A stretch of DNA of 64,000 bases from Lama guanicoe. Lineage: Eukaryota. Of this stretch, positions 51,413-63,222 are shown one piece after another (positions within the stretch are counted from its first letter, which is position 1; each line of letters begins with the position of its first letter). The notes under the pieces were generated by a model that searched no databases, was not told where the DNA came from, and saw nothing but the letters and a program-made list of their open reading frames with translations. The DNA lies in assembly GCA_013239625.1 (NCBI GenBank), contig MU053994.1, forward strand, positions 4,135,434-4,199,433. Reading direction: 5' to 3'. The translations under genes were made by a program, and so were the position numbers.

Positions 51413-51993
51413 TTTTCATTATTGTTTCTTATTCCCTTTTACAGATGACAAAACTATGTGGCATCAGTCAACTTTTAGACTCAGCTAATAAGAAGCTGAT
51501 CCTAGATACAAATGTATGTGTTTTGACTCCAAATTCAAGTTATTTCCAATACACCATATTGCATCAACTTGCCAAGATTAAAGACTGAAGTTGGGAATAG
51601 TCATACAATTCTCTCTCCTCTCTTTAATCACTTACCAAAGATGTGGTGCCATGTAAATTCTACAGACAGAAGTTTGGGGTGGAGGAATGGTGGAGGCTAT
51701 TTAAAATAGCCATTCAGTATCCTTTCTCTGTGCTTCCTCCACACTAACCTATTAAATCTTTGTCACCATGTGTTGTAGTTACTCAGCAAACATTTGCCCC
51801 AGTTCAAGGAGCTCACTGAGAACATGGGTCAGATCATTCATCTTTGCATTCCCATAGCAGTACAAACAAAACTTAAAATTTCATGCTCAAGGATATTTGA
51901 TTGAAGTTACTTAAACAAAGGGGCATTAGTGACAATACCAAATCTATGTACTTCTATATTCTTGGAGACAATGAACTTAAAAAAGTGAAACTC

Positions 51994-52096
51994 TAGAATA
52001 TGGAAAGGAATATATGTATGTACATGTATGACTGAAGCAATGTTCTGTACACCAGAAATTGACACAATATTGTAAACTGACTATACTTCAATTAAA
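51994..52096 (+). mobile_element. Severely 5'-truncated L1 3' end
   Basis: ctgtacaccagaaattgacacaatattgtaaactgactatacttcaattaaaaa. TSD AAAAAAGTGARACTC at 51979-51993 and 52097-52111. Confidence 0.9.
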
Positions 52097-53740
52097 AAAA
52101 AAGTGAGACTCACCATGTGGGCTTTTTAGGAAAGTTCATACTACTACTGTTCCTCTGATCTCAGATAAGCTGACCTTTCAGCACAGCGACACAGACAGGG
52201 TAAATATTTAAACAAACAACCAAAATGGTTATAGGCTCAAATGGTCAAGAACCCGCCAATGCACATATGATTTCCCACTAGTGATTACTCTCATTTCGGA
52301 TCCGAAGATGAGATTTGAGGTTATAGATTCTACAATTACTTTGCTTTTGTTGTTTTTCTTTTAAAACATTTTTTTTTCTTCTGCTCGCCTGATGATTATA
52401 CACTCCAGAATGTTTGCACACATTGTTTCTGAAGGTTCAGAGCAGTGGAATCAAAGCCTTCCAGGGCGTGGAAGTTTTGTTGGTGGCAGGAAGAAGACAG
52501 ATGGGATATAAACAGGTTTGGATACCCCAGGGATGTTAATGGTACTGCATGAAAATAAATAAGTCATTCTAAATAGCATGCACATTACTTTTATTCTTCT
52601 CCATCATATTTTCCCCCAAATCCAATGTCACAGACAGATGATAATTTTTAGCAATAGAAGAGGTAGACAGAAAATTAGAATATAATATTTCTTCCTTATC
52701 CCAGGGCACCAGAAGGGCACAGATTAGAGTCTTGGCGTTGACACACCAAAGCTATAGATACCATTCAAACTATGGTAAACCTTTAGTGAATTTCAAAGTT
52801 AGCATGGGAGAACTTCTATCTCCTGATGAGAACTTGTGTGTACTTTCTAACAGATGGCATGGCCATCCACATTTTTAAGTGTGTTGGATGGCTTTTTAAG
52901 AATGTAGTTGGTACTTATTTGTTGTTGGTTGGACTTGAGACTGTCATCAACCACTGTTCATACTGACAGTCACTACTCAGCAGAGTCTGCTGAACTAATA
53001 GGCCAGAAATCCCTAATAAATTCTGGATAAAAATAGAGCTGGGGGGCCTGAAGGGCCTGGGAAAAGGCTGATTAAAGCTGCAACAGAGCCAACTGGGCAA
53101 GGGCAGCCTTGGCTTTTCCTGGGTCCCATGACAAGAGTTGGAGGCAGGTGGGTCCTATGAAGGCAATACTTAGGTGTGGCAGTGCCTAAGGTGGGTGTTG
53201 TGTCCCCTGTTTATTTCTCGCTGCTAACCACCCTTTATCACTAGCTTTGTACATGCCCCGCCATGAAAAAGCCAGTAGCCAGACATATCTCTGAAACTTC
53301 AGCAGCTTCAGATGACTTCCGATGACTAGAGTGGCCTTCAGATGGCCCATTTCTGAAGACTGGACAGAGAGGTTTGGGTTGGACATTAGATCAGGCTCAG
53401 CTCAAGCATGTGCTACGTAAAGGTCGGTCACAGGTTAGTTTCCCTGGGCAGCAGGCTCTGAGTTGGATATCAGCATGCAGGGCATTATTAGAGGGGTTCT
53501 TGGGAGCAACAGCAGTAGTTAGGAGGGGAAGGAAGAGGAACTGGGCCCGGGTTGGAGGAGAGGTCCAGCTGTGCTGAAGTCTCAGTGGTGAATCTGGGTC
53601 AGATCCACAGGGACTTTGGAAGTCGGAATGGAATGGCCTTTCAGAGTTGTCCCAATTTGTGTCCAAATCAACAGGCCCCTTAGACCTCCACATATAAATC
53701 ACTGGAGTTGGGCCACATCAGGAAAGAGAGAGGTGATCTT

Positions 53741-53835
53741 TATTGATTTATTTTTTGATAGAGATACTGGGGATTGAACCCAGGACCTCGTGCATTCTAA
53801 GCATGTGCTCTGCCACTAAGCTATACCCCCACCCC
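53741..53835 (-). mobile_element. tRNA-derived SINE (vic-1-like, short form)
   Basis: tactggggattgaacccaggacctcgtgca...taagcatgtgctctgccactaagctatacccc. Confidence 0.9.
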
Positions 53836-53839
53836 AACA

Positions 53840-54026
53840 TTTAATTAAATTTTTCATTGTTATTTTTTAATTTATTTTTCTTTTAAAAATTTGTTTTGTT
53901 TTGTTTTTTGGCGGTGGGGGAGGTAATTTGGCTTATTTATTTGTTTTAATGGAGGTACTGGGGATTGGCTCCATGACTCCATGCATGCTAAGCACACACT
54001 CTACCACTGAGCTACACCCTCCCCCC
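53840..54026 (-). mobile_element. tRNA-derived SINE (vic-1-like, long form)
   Basis: ggggaggtaatt...ttaatggaggtactggggattg...gctaagcacacactctaccactgagctacaccctcccc, with a long T-rich tail. Confidence 0.9.
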
Positions 54027-55687
54027 TAGAAGGGGGTCACGGATCTTGAGCCAAGTGTTTCTCTTCAGCTGAGGCCTTCCTGGGGAGGTAAGGGCACACA
54101 GTTGAGGGCATGCTCAGCAACTGTCATCCAAGAGGGAGAGTCTGGATTCTGGATCCCAGCAATCACCTCGGGGTCTAATTTCAGTGCAGCTGAATCTCAG
54201 TTCAAGCATCAAGCCCAGCCTGTGATTTGAAGCATGTTCCATCTCCGGTGAGGCTCTCTGCCTAACCGTGAGCAGCAGGGTTGGCCTTTGTTCAATGCCA
54301 GGTCTAAAGGTAGGGCCCCCGCTGGCTGTGATCAATCCTCGAGCCCCACGGAGAGCTTCAGGACAGTGCTAACAACGGCGAGAAGGATGTTAAATAAAGC
54401 CAGCTGTGCCTGGCACCGTTCTAAGCCCACTCTGTGTATGAAGTTCATGAAGTCCTCACAACAAACCCATGATGTAGGTAGTTTTGCATCTCGCATGTGC
54501 GAGGAAGCTGAGGGGACACAGGCAGCGAGGGGACCATGAATGCCTCCTCTTCCCTCCCTCAGAGAAGATGAGGGTTTCAGGAGTAGTGGGTTGTCCCATG
54601 CACACTGTCGAGCTTTCTTGTTTTCCTGCCTTGTCTTTATGATCACATGCTCTCAGAGGACCAAGGTGCCTCCCCACAAAGCTGAAGGGTGCAAACCATC
54701 AGCCAGAGAGGCCACCAGGTGCTGATCTGCAGTCAGGCTTTCCGGGAAAGGACAGACTCTCCCTGAAGGCTTTTCTGAGTTCTCAATACATGAGCAGTGC
54801 CCGACTCAATCTGAAAACACGCTTCAATCTGTCTTCAATTCATGGTCCCCATATGTAAAGGTGATCATGTGGCTGTCTACAAATCTCGCTTCCCCTTTTG
54901 GTCCCTGCTGCTTACGAAACAGAGGAGTTTACATCTAAGGTGAGGCAGTTAGACTAAAGGGTCCTTAAGACTCCTCCCAGCCCTAAAAATAGTATGTTGC
55001 TCTCAAGGTTGATAATAATAAAGAAAATTCAGAAGAAGAAAGAATTAGACCCAATCTGAGAATATAAAGTGTCATATGTTATTATAAAACACAGGCTGTG
55101 GTTCTTACTTGTGGTTTGGATTCATGAGACAGAATTAATTCCTTTATTTCATAAACTTGGCTGTGTCCTAGACATTTCAATGCATTTTAAAATTAAAATG
55201 TAGACTGGCTTTGTATCTAAATCCTGCTTGCTGCCCTCCCATTTCATCTCCTACTTTGCAAACTTAGCGGTGATGAAAACATCAAGGACATCTTCAAAGA
55301 GAAGGTTACTTGAAACAGCTGCCAGTCAAGCTTTGCTTTGGGGACTGTCACCTTTTCACTTGGTCTTCATCTGTGCCCCTCACAGCTGATGGCGCTGAAC
55401 GGTGAGGAGCCTCAGGGAACAAAGTAGGTAAATTGTAGGCACATTCTAGAATCCAATTGGACAGGAGGAAGAAATTTCCGAGTGCAGCTCCTCGGCTCCA
55501 TTCTCCAACATCTTCTGGGTGTAAGGCTCTGTTCTGGGAGCCATCAGACATGTGGTCACAGCTCCTGTCTCCAAGAGGTCCTCAGTCTAGTGGGAGAAAA
55601 GGGAGAGGATCAGAAACGCCTAACACTATTTCAGAAATGATCAGCCATTTAACAGATGTAGAGAAAATGTGTGCAGATGAGAAAAAT

Positions 55688-55905
55688 AATAATGGCTACC
55701 ATTTATTGAATACTTATTAGAGGCCATGTATTTGAATAACATCTTTTCACTTAATCACTCCAACAACCGTTCATGGGAGGCATTGTTACTGTCATTCTCA
55801 CTGGCTGGTGCGGAAACTTGGTTCAAAGAGGTGACAAGCTTTCCCTCAAATTACTAAGCTAATACATGGTAAAGCCTGGATTCAAATCTAGATTTTTTTT
55901 TCACT
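55688..55905 (-). mobile_element. MIR SINE
   Basis: gctaccatttattgaatactta; caacaacc; ggattcaaatctag. Confidence 0.65.
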
Positions 55906-56338
55906 CTAACTCCTTCATTGCCAATGGCTATAATCTTCCGCATCCCCCCACTCAGGCACCCACTCTTCTGACTTAGGAGTTTGAGGTGTGGTTTGCACTG
56001 AATGTACATGATGGAATAAAACATGGTGAAAACAGGAAGGTGTATATTCTGGACAAAATGAATAGCCCAAGCAAAGATGGAAATACGGAAAAATCCTGGG
56101 ACTCCACAGGCGGTAGCAGGAATGCCCACTGCACCAGTGAGGGTGTGGGTGTCGGGGGGGCAGTGTACAGAAGGGTGAGGAGGAAGGGCTAGGGAAAGAG
56201 TTTCCTATGGAGTGGTGGGGACACCCTGGGGACAGCTGTGCTCTGAATCAGGCAGCCCACCTGTGGAAGTTTCTCAGCAAACCTGTGCACAGTCCTGATA
56301 TTCAACGCAATGAATTTTTGCAAAATTGTATACACTTG

Positions 56339-56372
56339 ACACACACACACACACACATACACATACACACAC
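56339..56372. repeat. (CA)n microsatellite, imperfect
   Basis: Read directly. Confidence 0.9.
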
Positions 56373-56442
56373 AGTGCAGTGATACAGCGAGGTCTGTCCA
56401 CAGAGAGTTGAGCTCAGCTAATTAAAAAGCTGTATTGTACGG

Positions 56443-56631
56443 CAGAGATTCTCAAACTTGACCATCCAAGAGCATTCCCTGGGAAGCTTGTTGAAGCGCA
56501 GATCGCTGGGCACTAGCCCCAGAGATGCCGATGCAGTACGTTCGGGGTGGGGCCTGAGCATTTGCATTTCTAACCAGCTTCCAGGTGATGCAGATGCTGC
56601 AGTTCCAGGGACCAAGCTTTGCCTGGCGCTG
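56443..56631. mobile_element. MER5A MITE
   Basis: ttctcaaacttg; ggggtggggcctgagcatttgcatttctaac...ccaggtgatgcagatgctgc. Confidence 0.85.
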
Positions 56632-56719
56632 GTGGAGACAGGGTATGACTTGTCTCTGGGCGAGAGGGGAAGAGGTTCCACATTTGAACATTAAAATCAT
56701 AAGCGTCCTGAGACCAATG

Positions 56720-57262
56720 TCATGTTTGGATTCCTGTCTCCAGCTTTGTCCTCCCCACCCTCCCCACCCTGGTTCCTTTTCAGGCCCAACCCTGGAGCAT
56801 ATGGTCTATCAAAAACAGGAGTTTTTGGAGTCATGTCACCCTCCTTCTGAAAAGTGTCAGTGGCTCCCTTGGCCTTGGCATGATAGGCGAATCCTTTCAG
56901 AGCCCTTCTTATCTTTTTAATCCTTTGGATTCTTCTTTATGAGACACTCTGCAGCCCCCCAAAACAAAACACATTGCCTCTAACCTACACCTAGAATGCC
57001 AGTCTCCCCGGGCCCGCCTCTCTTCCTTTGGTTAAATGCCACTTCGCCTCCAGATGTTATCCTTGAAATCAACTCCACGGGAAGGCCTTTGAAGAAGGCC
57101 TTTGTGCAGTGCCCCTCCAGGGCCTCTGTAAGGTGCTCTCACACAGTATAGAAATGACCTGGTGACAAGGCTGAACTCTCCACTAATCTGGAGGCTCCTT
57201 GAAGGCAGGCCCTGAGCATTGGCACTTGGTGTAAGAATCAGCAGGTTAATCAATAGTAACTG
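56720..57262 (+). mobile_element. L2 3' fragment
   Basis: tcatgtcaccctcctt...cagtggctccc; cacctagaatgcc; gaggctccttgaaggcagg. Confidence 0.55.
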
Positions 57263-60011
57263 AACTGGTGTTATTCCAGACCTAGCAAGCATTCACCGTC
57301 ACATCTGGTCTTCCTGGGGTAAGGGGTTAGGTGTTTTCTTAGAGTCGGAGCTACCATGGGGAAAACTCGCTCACAAATAGCATAAGGAAATGACAACATG
57401 CCATTAATAACCCAGAAGAAGCTGTATCTGTTTTAGGATTTTTCCATCTGGGCACTACAAACCAGAAAAGCAACTGTTTTGCCTCCACAAAGAATGTATT
57501 TTTTTTTTTAACAGCACACTTTCCAAAAGGACACTCCTTCTGCTGCATTCTGCTCTAGCCTGATTTAATTTAAAGTTTGGGGACGGGGTCTGACCTTATC
57601 TATCAGTGGCTGTGCCGTTGTCTCATGGAAATGCGGTTTGAAACTCATTAATAGGGTAGCCTGTATATTATAACTTAGAAGCTCTGGGTTATCACTGATG
57701 CTTGCAATTGCTATGGAAACCGGGTTCATATGCACCTTTCAAAGAGTCTGCTTTAAAACAGAAAAAAAAAAAAAAGAGGAAAAAGAAGGCTCCTTTAAAG
57801 AATAAGATATTAGTACCCAGCACACATAGGCAGGTTCAGTGATGCAAATATGCTCTGCCTACACAATGATAAAAAACAATTTTTTATATTTTTAAGAGCT
57901 AATAATGTATAAACTTATATTAGAGAACTGTGTTTATACTGATGAGAAAAAAATGCCTAAGGCAGCTTTCCCCCTGACACCCCACCCCCCCCACCGCCCA
58001 AACACAGGCACACACCAGCAATTTTCAGTTTTCCCCAGACTTTTTGCAACCTGCATCCTTAAATCCTCCCAAAGCCCCAGCACATGAGGTTTCAGCAGCT
58101 AAAGCCCAACCAGGGAGGACACTGACAAAGAGCTCAGCCTCTTCTCACCCCCCAACCCCCGCCAAGGAATGTGTATAAATGCTGCTTCTTGTAGCTTCGG
58201 GCTGACTCTTATTTTAACCATGGTAGCGCTAATTGGACTATGTCTCTTTTAAAAGATTTCTGGGTGTCTTCTTCCCTGCATTTGAGTTTTGGGGGCTCCA
58301 CCCCTCATCTCTCTCCTGGCCCTACATTTCTGCCTGATCATCCTAATAAATGAAGTGTGGTGTTGTATTGTGCAAACAATAGCGTGAGCGCTCAGCAACA
58401 CGGGGGAGGGCATGGCGGGGAGCAGACTGCCACCTGAGATTGGGGTGGGGAAAGAAGGAAGAGGAGAATGGGTTGGGTGGCACGTGGAAGTGGCTCCTGA
58501 GTGGTGTGGCCCTACCCGTGACATCACCTGGCTCCCCTCTGACTCCTGAATCATCTTTCCCGCCACCTCATTTTGCCTGCATCTGTTCTTCTCCATCCTC
58601 TCTTCTGTCCCCACTTGCCAGCCGCTAGCTGAGGGGCCGTACCCAAAGAGCTGATTTGTCACCAGGGTGGCACAGGCATGGCAGGACTCCTAGACCATTG
58701 ATAAAACAGATAGGGACAGGCTCAGTAGCCCCCGAAGGGTACATAACATTTTCACACATTAGAAAAACTCCAGAGGTTTATGGTCCCGAATGCTGTCATT
58801 TCTTTCTCAATGTTTCCCTACACAAATTGAGTCATCATTTTTCTTCCCCTTCTTTCCTTCTGTCACACTCCAGCCTGACTGGCCTCTCTGGCCTCCGCTC
58901 TGCAGGCCCTCCTCCCCAGCCGTCTGGAGGGAGGAAGGGGTAGGGATGTGCACCTCTCTCCCCACATCACAAACCAGCACCTTCCCTGGTCCACAGTGTC
59001 AACAGTGGCCCCCACCATATTCCAGAAGAGGACAGTTATCACTGTGTAAAGCACGAACCAACAAAAGGAAGCATGGTTTATAGTTCACATTTTCCATAAC
59101 TGCTTCACTTCTGAGATAGAGTATCTAACATTCCTCATCCAAATAAGACAAAAAGTAAACTCTGGGCATTCTCTTGTGGAAAAGGATTCTCCAAGTCGAT
59201 GCAGAACACAATACAGAACCACCTGTTATTCCCTCCGATGTCCTTATCTCTTTCTGTTTACCTCTCCACTTGGAAATCCTTCTCCGATTTGCCCATAACC
59301 CCTTACATACTGTGCTTCTGCCCAACCCCAGCCACGTGTGAACTGGGCCTCCTCTTCTCCTGAAGCAGAACAGGTCTCAAGGGCTAGTCTCCCTCTGAAC
59401 TCTCCTTCAGACAGAAGGAATTCAGAAGAGACCAGAGCTCCTCCGAAGGCTGGTGCGCTCTGCCAGCATCTGAAAATCACTTCTTTGCTATCAAGTAGTT
59501 ATATAATCTCAACCAGGAATCCTCTTTTAATACAAGCATCCTCTTCCCCAGAAGGCTTCATAGATGATCATTTCAGAACCATACAGGTCTCCCCTACCAG
59601 ACTCAGACCTCGGTGGGGCGGAGGCTGTGTCTCATTCATCTTTCTCTCCCCGGCCCTGGCTACTGTCCCTGAGACATGACCACTCTTGGTAAATGTCTGT
59701 TCACTTGTTGAAAGTGCAGTTGACAAGTAAGCTTTCATCCAGTGGTGGCATCTTTGTATGAGCAAATGTCTCAGGCTCCTTGCTGAGCACACTCACAGCA
59801 GGGGATGGGAGGAGGCAGCGTGAGGATTTGGGGCTCGGGGCAGTGTGGCAGAGGGCGGGGTCAGCTCCTAGGTTAGAGAACATTCTCCATAGGCCAGTCG
59901 CACTTCACAGGCGTACAGAAAAGCAGCCCCCGCTACACTGTTAGGGTAGCTTAGTGTGCTTGGGGGAGAGTGGGTGGGGGCCTTCCATCACCATCAAGGA
60001 CGTGCATTGAG

Positions 60012-60265
60012 CCAGTGTTGTATAGCAAGGAAAAGACTCTGTCTGAGTAAGCCAGACAGGCCTGGGTTTCAATCCCGATTCTACCACCTAGCAGCTGTAG
60101 ATTTGGGCAAATTATGTACTTTTATTTATTTTAAATTTTTTTCATTTCTAAAATCGGCAAAATACTATTTTAAAGGATAATTGGCAGAATTGGATGAGGC
60201 AAGGCTTTCAGAGTCCTAGTACAGTGTCTGACACATGGCAGATACTCAATAATGGTAGTAGTATT
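60012..60265 (+). mobile_element. MIR SINE
   Basis: gccagacaggcctgggtttcaatccc...ctagcagctgtagatttgggcaa; acagtgtctgacacatggcagatactcaata. Confidence 0.8.
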
Positions 60266-61089
60266 GCTTTAATTATTTAGTTGGATGGAAAAGAGAACTA
60301 TTCTTCTCATCATTTCTTCACTAAGATTTTGTGTCCTTCCAATGACAGTTCAGAGTTAATGACTCATAGAGAGCCAGTCGTAGCTTTTATAGCTAGTAAA
60401 CTTCAACCTCTATTTTTTTTTTCTCATTTTTTTCTCCCTTCCCTTCCCAGCTCTTCACTTCTGGGCACCACTTTCTCTCCTTTTACTTTTATAATCCTCC
60501 TCTGCCCCCAATTCTGGCCTGCTCCCATCCCAATCAATAGTCATACCATGTTCCTCATTTATTCTAGGATGTGAATGGCTGATAAGCACCTACAGTGCTA
60601 CTCCCAGGTGATATTTACACTCAAAGAAATACCAAATCCTTTAAGTGAAAATACTCAGAACCTTTGAGTTTGGTGTTTGTCAAATTGAGGTTATAATTTA
60701 AAAGAAGTAATTTAGTGACTCCTGAGTGTCATTTTTCTTTACAAGATTGTGCCTTATTACATGTTATTTAATGTACTAGTGTAGAGGGGAAAATGTTAGA
60801 ATTTTCAAAGTCTAGGGGGAAAATGCATTTGCCTTGACCTCTAAGTAGAAGTTACTCTTTTTTAACAATCCATTTATACCATTATATGTCCCAGGTTTTA
60901 AAAAGCCAGCCTGGCTGAATTTCATACTTAAAAATGAGCAAACAAATGGTGACATCCAAGGAGTTAAGCAGAGGAGGTGACATTGATAAAAAGTTGAAAC
61001 TGAACATTTTCAGATTCCTTTTTCCAAAGGAAAATCAAGCTTAAATAATAAAGGTCCATTTTCTATGCATCCTAATACCATGTCACTTA

Positions 61090-62018
61090 CTTAGGAAATC
61101 ATGATTTGGGAAAAAAAAAATCTCTTTGGATTACATTTGACTAAGGTACCAAAAGCACCATGAATAAAAGGAAACTAAAAACTTTTGCTCAGCAAAAGTG
61201 TATGCAACAGTATTAAGATAAGCTACAGATTATCAAAAAATTTGCAAATTAAAGAACTCTCAAAACTAAAGAGTGAAAATAAATAATCAAACTAGAAAAT
61301 GGGCAAAAGGCATTTCACAGAAGAGGATATACAGACTGCAAATAAGCACATGGAAAGATGTTCAGCATCATTAGTCATTAGTGACATGCAAATGAAGACA
61401 TCAATACACATTTGTAAAAGTGACTTAAATTAAAAATAGTGACAATACCAAATGCTGGTAAGGATGCACAGAAATTGGAATGCTCAAACATTGCTGGTGG
61501 GAATGTAACATGGGCACAGGCACTCTGAAAAACAGTTTGGCAGTTTCTTAAGAAACTGCAACTACCATGCGTGCCTGCAACTGCACTCCTGGGCACTTAT
61601 CCCAGAAAAGTGGAAACTTATGTTCACACAAAAACCTGTACACGAATGTTCATAGCAGCTGCATTCATAGTGCCAAGACCTGGAACTCGTCCATACATCC
61701 TTCAATGGCTGAAAGGCTAAATAAACAGTGGTACCTCCCAAAAGGTTACATGCTATGATTTCATTTATATAACCTTTCTGGAAATGACACAATTATAGAA
61801 ATGGAAGACAAATGTGGCTATTAAAGGGCAACATGAGGGATCCTTGTAGTGATGGAATGTTCTGTATCTTGACTGTATTAACACCAATATCCTGCTGTGG
61901 CCTTGTGTTATAGTTTTGCAATATGTTACCATTGAAGGAAACTGGGTCAGGGGTCTGTCTTACCTCTCACAACTGCATGTGAACCTATAATCCTCTCAAT
62001 AAAATTTCAATTAAAAAA
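61090..62018 (+). mobile_element. Old L1 (L1MC1-like) ORF2 end and 3' UTR
   Basis: aaataagcacatggaaagatgttcagcatcattagtca; gacaataccaaatgctgg; tatgttcacacaaaaacctgtacacgaatgttcatagcagc; gttaccattgaaggaaactggg; acaactgcatgtgaa. Confidence 0.88.
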
Positions 62019-62030
62019 TGGAAACAGAGA

Positions 62031-62120
62031 GGAAAAGGTAATAGCTCAGTGGTAGAGTGCATGCTTAGCATGCACAAGGTCCTGGGTTCAATCCCCAGTG
62101 CCTCCACTAAAAAAAAAAAA
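62031..62120 (+). mobile_element. tRNA-derived SINE (vic-1-like) inserted at the L1 A tail
   Basis: atagctcagtggtagagtgcatgcttagcatgcacaaggtcctgggttcaatccccagtgcctcca plus A12. Imperfect TSD around ggaaaca. Confidence 0.92.
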
Positions 62121-63222
62121 GGAAACACACATTTAAAAAAACCTTTGGGCTTACTTTTGTCCCTGTACATTCAGGACCTATAATCATGTCACTGGTTGCA
62201 CAAGTCATCATAAAAAACCTCAGTTGTTTTTTGAAAGCTAATTAGGACAATTGATAAATAATAGCATATTATTCAGCAAGCTGTAACCCAAAAAGGGGTG
62301 GACATTAAGCAGTTGAATTCTATTTCCTGACTACCGCACTTCTGCTGGTCAATCTATTTTCTCCACATATTAGAAGACTGAAGGGGCCAGGATGGTGGAA
62401 ATAGAAATGACATTGTTGCAACAAATAGAAATTGGCGGGGGAGGGGTTCTAATTTTTGACAATCTATGATACTGCATAAAGGCTTGTGTTGTGTATGCCC
62501 CGAGAGGACCAAGGAAACAAAGGGTAAAGGTTTAAGACAGGCCTGAAAAGGAGCTACTGAGGTAACATTAGCCTTTTACACATAATATCAAATCTTCTCA
62601 CCTAGTGCACAAAAAGCAGAACAGACATTGGCACAATTTTAACCTGATAATTCATGAAAAACGGATTATTTTTCATGAGAAAACATTTAGTCCTTTCCTT
62701 GTAAACACTGAAAGAAACTTAGGAGAAAATGCTAAAGAAATGAATGCAAAGGTAGCTCTTACAATCCATCCCCTCTCAATGAAACAGGCAAATCCCCCTA
62801 AAGACAAAGAGTTTCTCAGCCTGAATACTTACCAGACTGTATAACCTGTACTGACTGCGTTTTGATTTTGTTACAAAACTTTTTCTATAAAAGCTAGTAC
62901 TTCTAGAAGCAAATATAAATTAGTCCCCCTTTAAACGTTTCCCACATCAGAAGCTGTATGTACATTAACCAACAGTTTTATAAAAAGGAATGGGATCTTA
63001 GGTCTCAGGGTCAGTATTTGTGGCGAAGAACCAGACACAGAACACCCAGAGGGGATTTTCCAGTTAATCTATTATTTTCTAAGTTTACCATTGAATTATT
63101 ACAGTACAATTAAACTGGTAAGTGCTTCAGTACTTGAAGCACGAGCACTACAGAACAGCAGCAGCGAATTAGTGACAGGATTTGGTATCTGACGAACAGC
63201 TGCGGCGTCGATCAAACGTTTC

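Larger units (their letters stand above)
53420..54130. mobile_element. ERVL LTR (LTR16-like) interrupted by two SINEs
   Basis: ccctgggcagcaggctctgag; gatccacagggactttggaag...atggcctttcagagttgtcc; resumes at tctcttcagctgagg after the SINEs. Confidence 0.6.

Noticed and set aside
62031..62108. tRNA-Ala-like sequence, also at 4656, 10802, 47659, 53741 and 53950
   Set aside because: A tails, TSDs and dispersed diverged copies identify these as SINEs, not tRNA genes.
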